A stretch of 64,000 nucleotides of DNA from Lingula anatina (taxonomy: Eukaryota > Animalia > Brachiopoda). The translations under genes and the position numbers were made by a program. The DNA is taken from assembly GCA_051362555.1 (NCBI GenBank), contig CM120641.1, forward strand, positions 19,034,001-19,098,000. Direction: 5' to 3'. The notes under the pieces are model-generated. The model saw only the letters and a list, made by a program, of their open reading frames with translations, searched no databases and was not told the DNA's origin. Positions 1-13,372 of the stretch are shown here, piece by piece (the stretch's first letter is position 1; every line of letters starts with the position of its first letter).

Positions 1-279
1 ATATTTTCTTTCAGAAGAAAAAAAATTTAAAAACACCAAACGGGGCTACATGAAATGCACTCAAAATTTTAAGGAAACTAAATTTACAACAATTTTTCTT
101 TTTTTCTTACAACAAATTTTCAGATTTAAGTTTCCTTACAATTCCAAAAACACAAAAGGAAAAACTGTTACATCATGGTTTCCTGCAAGCTAAAAACAGT
201 AATAAATAATAAATAAATATTTTATCATAATTAGCAGCCTCATAATAAATACATGTAGCACCAATAAAAATGAACTCAC

Positions 280-3200
280 CACTGGTGCCTCTGGAGGGGC
301 AATTCTCAAGCCTTGAGACAAAATACCAGCAAAATTGGTGACACGGGAGCCATGCCATAGCAACATCTTGTTGTGCAGGTCACGGAATGGTTTGTATCGG
401 GCATACTCCCCCTCACGGGCAACCTTGAAAACCTAATTGAAAAAGAATAAAAAAGTTAGACAACTTAATTTTTCTGTCAATAATTACTAATAGATGGCAC
501 ATACCCAAACACCTTGGAGTGGAAGTGGAAGTATGGTAGTGGAAGTATTTTTTTATGTGAAGGTGCAGCTATGTTTTGTGCTTGATTGGTGTCACATTAA
601 TCAAACAGGTAATCTTAAGAAAACCACGCCTGAAAGCCTATAATGATAAGAAAAGATTATATTATGAATGAATATGGTGAAACTGATGTTTTGCACTAAA
701 AAAATTCATCTGAATCCATGCCTATAGAGTGTTTTGTACAAATTTTTTTTCCAAATAAATCTCATTACATACTAATACTAATACGAATGTTATCTGAACT
801 GTGTGCTTAAAAAGCCTTTATTCATGTTGTGCATTAATCATAAACCTTGATTTACAATTGTATTCTATCTGGTAAGTTACTGAATATACCTCCATAACTT
901 CCAAGTCATACATGTTGTGTGTTGCAGCATGGGTATTTTTGGTGTAATCCTGCAAAAGCTTGAACTCATCGCTTTCCTTCTCAACCACCTGGGGAAAAGA
1001 TTCTTGAAATTTAGATCAATAAAGCACCGTTCAACCAAATATTTTTTAATTTATATCTAGAACTGACACTAGCATGCTTAATGAAGAAACTATTAATGTT
1101 TTTAAACAAAATAGACACCACTCAATTAACCCTTACATGTACAAATAAATGCAAATTTTCTTAAAAATGTAGCATGAATATGTGACATAAAAGATATACA
1201 GAAGTAAGAAATGACCTCCATTTTGCATTTGAGTTGCTCATAGTGTGCATCCACAGGGTCCTTGTCCTCGCTTGCTCCACTTTTCAGCAGGTTGTAAGCA
1301 ACCTCAATCTCCAGCAAGTTATCCAACATTTCTATTTTTTTCTAGAGTCAGATTAAAAGTGGGTGAAAAAAAATTTATTTAATGAACAGAAATTATCATT
1401 ACAGCTATGCTTATGCAGGTTCTCATCCCAACAGAAGCTTACAAGCAATTCATAGTATACAAGGCTTTAACTTTAGAAAAAAATCAAATAAATCTGAAAG
1501 TAGATTAAATCAGACAGCATCCCCTACAATCAAAGATTCCTCTTAATTATCACAGACAGGAATGTGATTGGGCCAATATATGATCCCCTGCTGAATCGGT
1601 GTATTATATAATGATGTGGACATAACTTATTACGAGTATTATGAAAAAAAAAAATTAAAATTACCTTGATAACTTCAGATGTGTCCAGAAGTGGTGGCTT
1701 TCGCATGCCAAAGTCATGTGGAATAAGTGTGTAAAACCTGTTTGATGCATCCAAAAACTGACCTGGAGTGCCATTATTTTCTGCCAACTAAAATTAAGTT
1801 GAAATTATGCACGTTTATCAGCACAGTGTCTTTATTTCTCAAAGACTGAAAAAATTTTCTTATTTGTTAGCATTAATCCATTTTAGTTAATAATTAGCAC
1901 AGTGAAAAATTACAACAATTAAATTAAAATCAAAAGAGCAGAAACGTGTACCAAAAAAAAACAAAACAAACTAATATTGCATATTACTTTTTGCCACACT
2001 GAAAATTATTTTTTATTACCTGCTGTAGTTCAGTCAACACCTTGTAAGCTTGCTCAATTTGCTTTTTTGACAATTTCCCCAGAGGCATCTTTTTCAGATC
2101 AATCTGAAGAAGAACACAGCATATCAAAATTCACTATAATACAGCAGTCATGTTTATCAAATTCCATTATTTTACTTGACTCAACAAGTGCTGCCTTAAG
2201 GATCTTATGACCAAATTACACAAAAAAAAAACTTCTCACCTCAAACTCTAACATGGCTTTTTTCATGCTTTCAACATTAAAAATCATCTTGATCAAATCT
2301 TGGACTTCTTTGGGAAGTTTTGAACTTGTTCCTGCCCTTTTCTCAAATTCTTTAATTTCTTCTTCTTCCTGGAAAACCAAATCCATAAGATTTATGGATA
2401 ATCCATTAAATGTAATTCACTACTGTAACATAAATGAATTTTTATCAAAACCATGAAGTTTACAGTCAGAATATTAAAACATTTACTAACCAACTCTCTC
2501 TTGAATAAATCAAAATTCCGATATTGAATGCTTGTTGACTTGTGAAAATCACTAATTACAATGACAAATACCATAACAATTTAAGATATAATGGAGTTTC
2601 GAAATCTAAGAATCGAAAGAAAAGAAAATTAAATTAAAGCAAATTAAATAAATCAAAATCTCACCTGTCCATAATCAATCTCAAGCGGATAAAATTTGTT
2701 AGGATATTTGACAAAGTTTTTCCGGTCTTCCCACATGTTACCAGTCTTATCTAGGTAAACTTCTTTAAACTTGCTGATGGCAGAGCTCTTGGAACCACAG
2801 ACATCAAGTCTGTTTCCACCAATTGTAGTTCCCACTCTCCCCCATGCTTTGAACAGCCACCATCTTGAAGTTGATCAAAAACAAAATAACCCTAACATAT
2901 AACAATCAACTTCACTTCATAATGGCCATTTCAATATTGTAAATTTGGAAATATCTACAGATGTCTTACTCAGTAAAATTATTTCTGGTTTAAGATAGCT
3001 TGGTCCTAAATGTTATTTCTGTATTATAATTATAATCACCCCATGGGCATAACTAAATAAAACATGCAGTAAACAACTTGATTAATATCAACCTGTTAGA
3101 TGCATCTGATTCTAAAGCTTGAATTTTGTAGTAAGAGTTTGTGCCCCTGACGATGTCCACCAGACCCAGGACAGCATTGTAGATGTCACCCTTGTCTTCA

Positions 3201-6200
3201 ACCACATGGGCAGTATCACCAAGTTCTAAAATAAACAAGGCAGCAAAGCTGTCAAATGTACAGACAAAAAACAGGAAATAACTATGCACAAAATAGGCTA
3301 CTGTCAATTCTGATACAAAATTTTAATGATTGAATCTGACAAACTGCAATGATATGAGTTTATTTCCATTTTTGAAACTTTATTACACAATACACGATAA
3401 CAAGTTTACCATCATTTTTACATAATCAACTAATAATGTTGTAAAATTGCAGGAAATGCCAAACAAACACTTTTACGTATCTTATTAATTAAATAATGAA
3501 ACTGTTAACATGCCTAAGAAATGAATCTGAGGAAATGTGAAAAAACGGCATTTCTTTGAAATAATGGCCCGATTAAGCTGATTTTTGAACTCAACCTGCG
3601 TTTTAGCAGGAATGACCACTCCTGTGAGTTTCATGACAATTGGCCCATCTGTTTTTCTTATATTGTATTTACTGTGTTGCATATATGCTGAAAAGTGAAG
3701 AAAAAAGCATAACTACTAAAACAGTGGCCCGATCATGCCGATTTTCGAACCTGACCTGCATTATAATAAGATCGATTACTCCTGTGAGTTTCATGACAAC
3801 AGGCCTATCAGTTTTCCTTGAAATGTGTTTACAGTGTTGCATATATGCTGAAAAGTTAAAAAACAGCATAACTTCCCTTAAAATGGCCCGATCATGCTGA
3901 TTTTCGAACTTGACCTGCGTTTTATGAATATTCATCAGCTCTGTAAACATACAGCCAAAAAGTAAAACTGCCTTCCACTTATGTTTACAATGAAAGTGCA
4001 CGGCGCCAGCGCCGGCGACAGTGACGGCGGCGACGGCAGATACAGGTGATGGCAATATGTACAGACGCATCTGTACATATTTACTGTACTGTTTGAGAAC
4101 AGTAAGTGACATTGTTTTTCTTAAATGGTCATCATGGGAGCAGTGCCCAAAATAGTTTTTTTTTCAAATTTTGATGCAATATTACATAATGTTTAACAGC
4201 ATAATGACCATCAATTTTAATAATAAAATATTAGTATCATGGATATTCAGAAAATGTGACTAGCAAAGGTCTTCAGGCCCATATGGAACAACTTGAAAAT
4301 GCCAAAATGTAAACAAGACAGCACTGTTCTGAAATGTTTTTTTTTTCCATTTTTAACAATTTTTTTAAAATAAACCAAAATTAACAGGTTATTGCCATCT
4401 TTATATGATCAACTAAGAAAATTGATGAGATGGGAAAAATATAAATACAACAGTGTTAAATGTCCAATTTCCTCCATTCTGAGATTCTAAACATAGTGAA
4501 TGATTGCATCTGACAAACTGCAATGATATGAGTTTATTTCCATTTTTGAAACTTTATTACACAATACATGATAACAAGTTTACCATCATTTTTATATAAT
4601 CAACTAATAATGTTGTAAAGATACAGGAAATGTCAACCAAACACTTTAACATGTCTTATTAGTTAAATAATGAGACTGTTAACATGCCTAAGAATTGAAT
4701 CTGAGGAAATGTGAAACAAGACAGCACTGTTCTGAAATGGGTTTATTTCCATTTTTAACACTTTTTTTAACATAAAACAAAATAAACAGTTTACTGCAAT
4801 TTTTATATGATCAACTAAGAAAATTGATGAGATGGGGAAAATATCAATAGTGTTAAATGTCTAATTTCCTCCATTCTGAGATTCTGAACATAGTGAATGA
4901 TTAAATCTGACAAACTGCAATGATAAAAAAAAACAAAAAATAAAATAAAACAAAATAAACATTTTACTGCCATTTTTTTATGACCAACTAAGAAAATTGA
5001 TGAGATGAGAAAAGTATCAATAGGACAGTTTTAAATGTCCAATTTCCTCCATTCTGAGATTCTGAACATAGTGGATGATTGAATCTGACAAACTGCAATG
5101 ATATAAGTTTATTTCCGTTTTTGACACTTGATTACACAATACACGATAACAAGTTTACCATCATTTTTACATAATCAACTAACAATGTTGTAAAGATGCA
5201 GGAAATGTCAAACAAACACTTTTACGTATCTTATTAGTTCAATAATGAGACTGTTAACATGCCTAAGAGTTGAATCTGAGGAAATGTGAAAAAACAGCAT
5301 AACTTCTAAAATAATGCCCCGATTATGCTGATTTTCGAACTCAACCTGCATTTTAGTAAGATTGACCACGACTGTGAGTTTAATGACAATTGGCCAATTT
5401 GTTTTTCTTATATTGTGTTTACAGTGTTGCATATATGCTGAAAAATGAAAAAACAGCATAACTACTAAAACAGTGGCCCGATCATGCTGATTTTCGAACT
5501 TGACCTGCATTTTATGAATATTCATCAGCTATGTAAATATTAAGCCAAAAAGTAAAACTGCCCTCCACTTATCGTGTTTACAAGGAAAGTGCACGGCGAC
5601 GGCATCGGCATCGGCGACGACAGACGCAGGTGATGACAATATGTACAGACACATCTGTGTCTGTACATAAAAATGTGACTAGCAAAGGTCTTCAGGCCCA
5701 TGGAACTTCAAAGTCACATCTTGAAAATGCCAAAATGTAAACAAGACAGCACTCTTCTGAAATGGGTTTATTTCCGTTTTTAACACTTTTTTAACATAAA
5801 ACAAAATAAACATTTTACTGCCATTTTTTTATGACCAACTAAGAAAATTGATGAGATGAGAAAAGTATCAATAGGACAGTTTTAAATGTCCAATTTCCTC
5901 CATTCTGAGATTCTGAACATAGTGGATGATTGAATCTGACAAACTGCAATGATATAAGTTTATTTCCGTTTTTGACACTTGATTACACAATACATGATAA
6001 CAAGTTTACCATCATTTTTATATAATCAACTAACAATGTTGTAAAGATGCAGGAAATGTCAAACAAACACTTTTACGTATCTTATTACTTATTACTTATT
6101 ACTTATAATAAGGAAATGTGAAAAAACAGCATAACTTCTAAAATAATGCCTCGATTATGCTGATTTTCGAACTCAACCTGCGTTTTAGTAAGACTGACCA

Positions 6201-9200
6201 TTCCTGTGAGTTTAATGACAATTGGGCTTTCTGTTTTTCTTATATTGTGTTTACAGTGTTGCATATATGCTGAACAATGACAAAACCGCATAACTACTAA
6301 AATAGTGGCCAGATCAAGCTGATTTTCGAACTTGACCTGCGTTTTAGTAAGATTGATTACTCCTGTGAGTTTCGTGACAACAAGCCTAACGGTTTTCCTT
6401 GAAATGTGTTTACAAGGTTGCATATATGCTGAAAAGTGAAAAAACAGCATAACTTCTACAATAATGGCATAACTTCTACGATCATGCTGATTTTCGAACT
6501 TGAGCTGCGTTTTATGAATATTCATCAGCTCTGTAAATACGGCGACGACAGACGCAGGTGATGGCAATATGTACAGACACGTCTGTGTCTGTACATAAAA
6601 AGGGCAAAGACAAATGATCACTGGAGGAGTTACACTATATCTTTCAATACACAGAACATATTTATTTAAAAAGTTATTGCAAGACTTCTTGATGGTACAT
6701 AAAAGATCTGATGAAATTAATTACCAGTATCGGGATCTACTGCTGCTCCTCCTTTCACCATCATTTTCATCTTGTCTGGGACTTTCTTTGTGTACACAGA
6801 ATCTGCAAGTGAATTTTTGTAAAGAATTTAATCCCTTTTTCAAACAAGTCAAAAATGTAAAAATGCTATCAATAATCAGTGGAATTGTCTAGCTGATACA
6901 GGAAAATTCAGTATAAGAGGTGTGCATGTGTGTGGGTGGATGTAAAAGCACAATTAAGTGTATGGGTGTATGTGAGTAACACAGATGCTTACCCTTTGTT
7001 TTATATTTTTCATAAGCACTCTTGCCTCCACTCTTCACTGGACCATCAACAACATCCCCAAGTCTTGCTGCTGGCTGAAATACACAACCAACATGTTTAT
7101 GACCATATTTTGTCTAAATAAATAAATAAATAAATAAGTAAATGAAACTGGAATTGTGTTGGAAACAGACAAAATTTAAGAGGTCAAAGGTCGCTCTTTT
7201 ATCCACCATTATACAGTACACAGTTGGACAATAATCACAGAAACTATATGACAATATAAATATCTTTCTTATATTAAAACTACTCACATCTGATCCCCAA
7301 TCACAAATTGACTTTTCCTTGATCATCAGCACTGCTCCCCCTTTCTTAGCAGCCTCCAGGAAATCCTCAGAAACAACATGCACATCTGCAGATTTAGCTT
7401 CTTGAATTTTCTTGGAGTTTTTCTGCACTTCAGCTTGAAAAGGGAAAGAGAAAGTCCTGTTAGTGTTATGAGTCAGACTTACGACTTATTTTAAAAAAGA
7501 TTTATCCATATATTCAAATAGGGAATTTAATTTTTATAAGTAGCAAAGAATAAAGTTTTAAGTAAAATTAAAAGCATATAAAGTTTAAGTAAAATTAAAA
7601 GCATAATGAAAAAAAATCAGCATTTTAAAATTTTAGTTAAAGTGTTATGTACTTTAAAATTCAATATATAGAAAAAACAGTGCATTTCAAGAATTTCTAT
7701 CATTACACCAATGTTGTATAGACCTACTTAAAACAGAACTGGCTTTAAACCTCCATAGTATGAAATAATCCATAATAAAAACATAATTTCCAGGAATTTC
7801 ACAGAAAATTTCTAAAAGTGAAAATCTTATTTTTCCTGTAAAAGATACCTTCACTACTGATGCAGGCAGCCACAGTTTTGTCTAACTTTGAGACTATCAT
7901 CCCTCCCATGGCATTCACAGCTTTAGTTATGGCATCTTTAGACATCTTTGTGCGACCAATGATGACAAATTTCATGTTGTGGAGTGGCTTATCAGTCCTA
8001 AAAATCAATCAGATTAATATAAATTCATTAATAATAACAATGTTTATTTTTCAATATGTTTTGTTTACAATTGATGATTCAAATTGGGTAATTTTTTGGG
8101 TAAACAACTGCAAGTTCAAGTTGCTGGCTGTGCTAATTACCACCAGTCTTTCGCTTTTTGTGAAATTTGAGTGAGTTTCTAACTTCAGACAACCATGTTG
8201 TATTCCCTATTTGAAAATTCTCAAATGTTCACATTGACATAGAGTAATAATGACTGTATTATATTATGAAGCATTTTCATACTTACTCCATTCATTTTTC
8301 TTAATGAATTTATACTTAATGGTGTATTACAGAGATCAAGTTGGTATACTGGCAAATAATCAGAATTTTTGAAGAACACTTAAAAAGGTAAACTGGACAA
8401 TTCAACCTTCAAACTGTCTTTAGAAGCTAAGATCTAAGGCTATCAACTTGAATAGCAGATTTATCTCCTGACTCAACAAAACCAAGTACTAGATATTTTA
8501 CCAGGTCTAGTCTCTTACCCAAGAGCAACCCCTGATGAGCTGATAGGACCCTCTGTGGTGACCACGCTGACCTTTGGCCAGACTCTCTCTTTCTTCACAT
8601 ACTTGTACTTCTTACTGGAACAAGATTAACAGCATTTCAAATGTCAGTTAAAGTCTTCCATGCTTTAAAGATCCCCAGCATTGTGCTTCAAAAAATGTCC
8701 ATAAAAAGAGGAATGAAATTTAGATAATTTATCACTAATTACAACTCACTTTGTATATTTCAGCTTCAGGAATAAATGGGTAGTGTTGGATAATCCACTG
8801 CCCATGTTAAAATGTCTTACAGTTCTATATGCATGAAAATTTGACAGACTGCAACTTAAGAGATGTTTTAGTATTTTAGGATGTATATAATGTTCTGTTT
8901 ACAACCCTCTGGGTGGTTAATGTGGACTGGAAGGAGATTCATAACTTTAAAAATACCAAACACAAGGCAACTCACAGGAATTCTACATCATGGTACTCTG
9001 TTGGAATTTTGAAGGCTTTCCTGGCAGGGTTTTTGGTGACATACATACACTTGGTCCAAGCACTCAGGTTTCCTGTGCACTTGTAGCCATCACTGCTGTA
9101 AACCAACTGTCCTTCTTTACATTCTGGACAGTTCTTCAGAGCTCCAAATGCCATACAATCTGCTACATTGTCCAGAAGCTAAAAAATAGACAAAAATAAG

Positions 9201-11484
9201 AACAAATTTTAATTTTATTTAAGAATGAAAAATATTAAAAAAAAAAAAAAACAAATCAATAATTGAACTATGCCTTGTTCATGTTTTTGTTTAGTTTTGT
9301 CTATTTAATGTAGATATATATTTGCAACATCAAAAGGCACAAACAAACTTCATCAAAATTAAGTGACATATGCCAATATCAAATATTTAGAAAGAATACA
9401 CATAAATATAACACAGTGAGGGAGGTAAAGAAATACTGGGTGAAGCAATTAATGTTATTCTCACACTTACCTTGCTCTCTCCAGAGGGAATCTGTTGATC
9501 ATTATAATCTAAGAGTCCCTTTAAAGCCACATTGGAAACTGCCTTCTGTAAATTATCTCTTATCTTCCAGATCATTTCACTTTGTTCCTTGGAAAAAAAT
9601 GTAAAACTTCAATATCTTTAAATAGTGAATAATCTACCCTCCATTGTTATCATAAAAAGAATATTTTCACAGAGTAAAAGCTGAGAGCAAGGGACTATAT
9701 GGTAATATTTCCCCAAATCATCATTTCAGTGAGATTTATTTCGTGGATTATTTGGCTATCACAAAAAATGGCTTAGGTAGAATTTTGATAATAGACATAC
9801 CTTCAATGCCTTTTCTTCTTCTGTTTCCTCTTTCTTTGCCTTTTTGTTTGGTACTTCCTTCTTCTTATCACCCTTCCGTTTCTTCCTATACATAAACAAA
9901 CAATATAATCACAGATATCTTAATTACATGTAATTATACAAATTACAAGGAGCATATTTTATACATCTTATATCTGCAAAAGATGCCATTTTGCTTGGTG
10001 AAACACCACTGTCTCAATCCCTTAGTTTGGTCTTGATCATTTCACTCAATTTTCTATATAATAATGCCTTCTTTTTGACCTTCTCAGTGAGGGACAGTAA
10101 GTTAATGTCCAATTATATGTAATACTATTTTATGTATATACTTGATCTGGTTGAATAAGCATCATTATGACAATTCATCATCCTCATCATCATTATCATC
10201 ACCATTGTTATAATTATTATTCAACCACAGGCAGAGTTATGTTGCTAATAATCAAAGAATAAACTTATAACCCACCCACTGCTCCCTGCTCCAAGTTTCT
10301 CTTTCACCATCTCCTTATCTTCTTTCTTCAAGCTTTTGTATCCAGGGATTCTAAAGAAATCCACCATAATTATTCAAATGAGACAAAAAAGCAATGCCAT
10401 CCCTAGCAGCATATCACCATGCTTAGTGTGATGTCTCTTTCAGACTGCTTTAACAATATATACTAAAACACACATTGATAATTAGCCTTTAACAGAATGA
10501 AATGTGTAGTTATATCAACAAAATGAAGATGATGACACCTGTCAAAGAATCCAACACAGTGACTTTGCCAAGAAATTACCATCAAAAACAGACAAAAAGT
10601 TTTTTGTAAATCTTTGGGATCTTTCATATTTTAAGAAAATTTACCCCTACTTTTCAAAAAGGAGTAACTAATAACACCAATGTAAAAAAGCCCAATTTTT
10701 TCTAAATAGGATCCTAAGTTAGGCAGAACTCGACAATCTTTAGCAAAATTAACTTTGGCAAAATGCTAAACATATTCTAATTTTGTTAAGGCAAATATAA
10801 ACTAAGACAATTACCCAAAATATGAGCTTAACTAAACAACACAAAGTTTGCAATGGAATTTGGAAACCAAGCTAGTGGAAACTTAGATGCCTACTTGTCT
10901 GGGTTCATGTCAGATGAAAACTGCAGCTCATCTCTGTTCTCAACAAAACAGTCCACATGATGCCATCTGTCCTGAGGCCCATACATCTTAGCACGTTCAC
11001 TCTCATACTCCTTCATGGAGATCCTCACTGCATCCTGTTATTCAAAAAAAGGAAATAATAATAATAGAATGAATCATTAAATGCTGTTAAAAGTAAGAGC
11101 TACTTCAAGAAATTATTACAGAAAATACATGCGTCACCTGATAAACAGACCCTATAAAAATCCTAAATGAATCTGCAGGACTGGTATTTTTTTAAAAGAA
11201 AATGGAAAAGTAAAATTCTTAAAATATTTACGGTAAAATCCGAAAGGATAAACACCAAATCACAAGAAGTTTAGCATAGGGGTAAAAGTACTCTGCTTAA
11301 GTGATCCAAGATGCTGTCACACACTGTACAGACCTTCTCAATCTTTTCCTCACATCCGCGACACTTGCTCCTGTTTGACTTGGCATACTCCACACAAAAA
11401 TCTTTATATGCAGCATCGTCCCCTGCAGTGCTGCCGCCTTTTGGGGCTGCATCACCACCACCACCACCTGCATGCAAACATTTA

Positions 11485-11534
<50 letters not shown>

Positions 11535-13372
11535 GTTATAATAATAAAAATTCAAGTGTGAAAAGTGCTTATAAGTAACAGTTGGACGAACATAAATATT
11601 GAAGTTGATTAGGAAAGTGGATAAATATTGCACTCATAAAAGGTCATATTGTCATCAGTTTGAGGTTGTGTCTTGGTTGTGCTTATAGTTCAATAAAAAA
11701 ATCATTCTGAAATTTTAGTCTCAAAGGAAAATAAAAAACAGTAAAAGGCAGATTTAAGCACGGTTTAATCTGAATGCCCTTCTGTTATCAAATAAAGACA
11801 AATCAGTCTCAGTCTATTTTAATCTGGATCTTTACATAAGAACACATCCACACCAGCCACACACAATAATCTATCTAAATCTCTATACATTTCTATATTA
11901 TGGCAATCACGTGGTTACCTTCTATGTGGTCTTTGATCTTCTTCTGATCATCCCATCTCAGTGCATCAAAACCATGTATATCATGGGCAGCAAGAACTTT
12001 GGCTTTTGTCCAAAAACACTTGTAGTGAAACCAGTTTGGAATCTAGAAATATGTGTAGGATACTTGAATGCTTTGTGATTTAATCATATTATATAAATAT
12101 AAATCAAATGACAACTCCACCATGTAATTGTACAAAAAAAAGTCATTTTTCATTTTCTTTATCAACAGTAAATTTAAAACCTTTACTAGTATGCATCTGA
12201 TAACATGTTTAATTTTATGTTATGTTAGGTTATTTCTTTATTTATTACAACATCATTTGGAAAAGCCTTTCTTATGAGGTATATGGATGTGTATTTGCAA
12301 CTTTTAGAAGTATTCAGCTGTGAAGATTTCACAAAAAATATTAATGCTAAAATTACTTAGAGTGCATTTCTAAGGTGTCATAAAAAAGATTAAGTTGTTT
12401 CTAATATTAAAAGAGGTCTTTTATTAACAATATTTACCTTTCCATCAAAATGTGGAGACTGAAATAAAAAAAAAACAATTTGTAAAATTATATGCCTTGT
12501 ACCCCATAAGTTACAGAGTAAATCATTTTACCCCATTACTTTACCTGTACAATGTACTAGCAATTACAAAAAAAAGCAAATTTTATTTACTTATTTTTTT
12601 AATATTTAAAATATTTCACAGTCAATGTATCAATTATTTAAGACAAAGTAGTGAAATAAGATTTCTCCTTGGGCTCCATAAAGAAATCATTTTTAATATA
12701 TAAATTCATCTATATTTTGTCGCATACTCTGAAAGTGCTCTCAAATACTGTTGACTGCTAAATCGTACATCTTCATGAAAATTACAATAGCTATTTAAAT
12801 AAGTCAAATGCAAACACCAATTAAATAACAACAAAAACGTTAGCGTTTTTTGTAAATTATCAACATTAAATAAATCTTAACTTTCAACGTGTTTCAATAT
12901 ATATAAAATAATTAAAATAATTTTAAAATGCATCATCTCTCTCTCTCTCTCTCCCCTCCTCCCCCTTGCTCATTTCGCCGGTTTCGTTCCCTGATCCCCT
13001 GTATCTACTGACCCAAGTGCCCAACCTGAAACCAGCCAAGCTACCTGAACCAAATGTGGAAACAATATTTATGACGTGACCAGGCGATCAAAATGCAATG
13101 GGACACTCTAAGCGCCTCAGATTTTGAAAGCCCAGCAAGTGACATCAGTAACCTATTTCCGGTCTGGTTTCGAATGTGACAGTGTAAACATGCCTGAACA
13201 CAATGCTAGCGAAGTGGTTTTTACCATGAACAACTTTTCTATTTAATCTTACCTGAACCATTACTGCCAATCGCAGAGTGTCTTTGGAAATGAGTTCTTT
13301 GCATTTTTTGCATGATGCACGATTACTTTTTGCATATTCGGCTTTAAATGGGAGGTCGTGGTGGTCTGCCAT
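280..13372 (-). CDS. PARP1: Poly(ADP-ribose) polymerase 1; multi-exon, 3' part continues past the left edge of the window
   Basis: 22 GT-AG exons join in frame to 2616 nt (872 codons): 13253-13372, 12438-12458, 11919-12042, 11334-11467, 10895-11034, 10276-10350, 9801-9885, 9471-9587, 8976-9178, 8519-8614, 7849-7997, 7288-7433, 6993-7074, 6725-6802, 3093-3225, 2665-2863, 2240-2368, 2020-2103, 1665-1787, 1216-1341, 890-988, 280-432. Recognisable motifs: ZnF1 [13 protein letters not shown], ZnF2 [13 protein letters not shown], Zn3 [30 protein letters not shown] (AWGRVGT), regulatory domain ([18 protein letters not shown]) and catalytic [27 protein letters not shown]. Confidence 0.97.
3327..4080 (+). 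mobile_element. HINE/Helentron-like non-autonomous element, copy 1 (5'-truncated), in PARP1 intron 14
   Basis: Contains about 2.5 tandem ~157-bp core units (AAAAACAGCATAACT...GATTTTCGAACT), a GC-rich GACGGC-like tract (~4000-4040) and a terminal hairpin ATATGTACAGA-cgca-TCTGTACATAT (4055-4080). The architecture resembles DINE-1/pearl/HINE elements; the family assignment is inference. Confidence 0.65.
4251..5672 (+). mobile_element. HINE/Helentron-like element, copy 2, with internal duplications
   Basis: Starts AAAATGTGACTAGCAAAGGTCTTCAGGCCCA. Internal blocks are repeated, core units lie at ~5288-5535, then a GC-rich tract and a perfect 13-bp stem TATGTACAGACAC-atct-GTGTCTGTACATA (5640-5669) followed by AAAA. 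Confidence 0.65.
5670..6601 (+). mobile_element. HINE/Helentron-like element, copy 3, joined head-to-tail to copy 2
   Basis: The same 5' start follows directly after the hairpin of copy 2. About 2.6 core units lie at ~6118-6538, then the hairpin at 6568-6597 and an A-run. Confidence 0.65.
11486..11532 (+). repeat. (AAT)n microsatellite just upstream of the PARP1 exon 4 acceptor
   Basis: About 15 perfect AAT units, read directly. Confidence 0.95.
12438..12458 (-). CDS. PARP1: PARP1 exon 2, a 21-nt microexon (SPHFDGK) within zinc finger 1
   Basis: Reads ttttatttcag|TCTCCACATTTTGATGGAAAG|gtaaat. It supplies the conserved SPxFDGK between ...AVMVQ and IPNWFH. Confidence 0.9.

Noticed and set aside
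3485-6621. ORFs of 65-172 aa with repeated [11 protein letters not shown] motifs, resembling a repeat-protein gene
   Set aside because: They are translations of the ~157-bp tandem core of an intronic repeat; frames break between units and no domain is recognisable.
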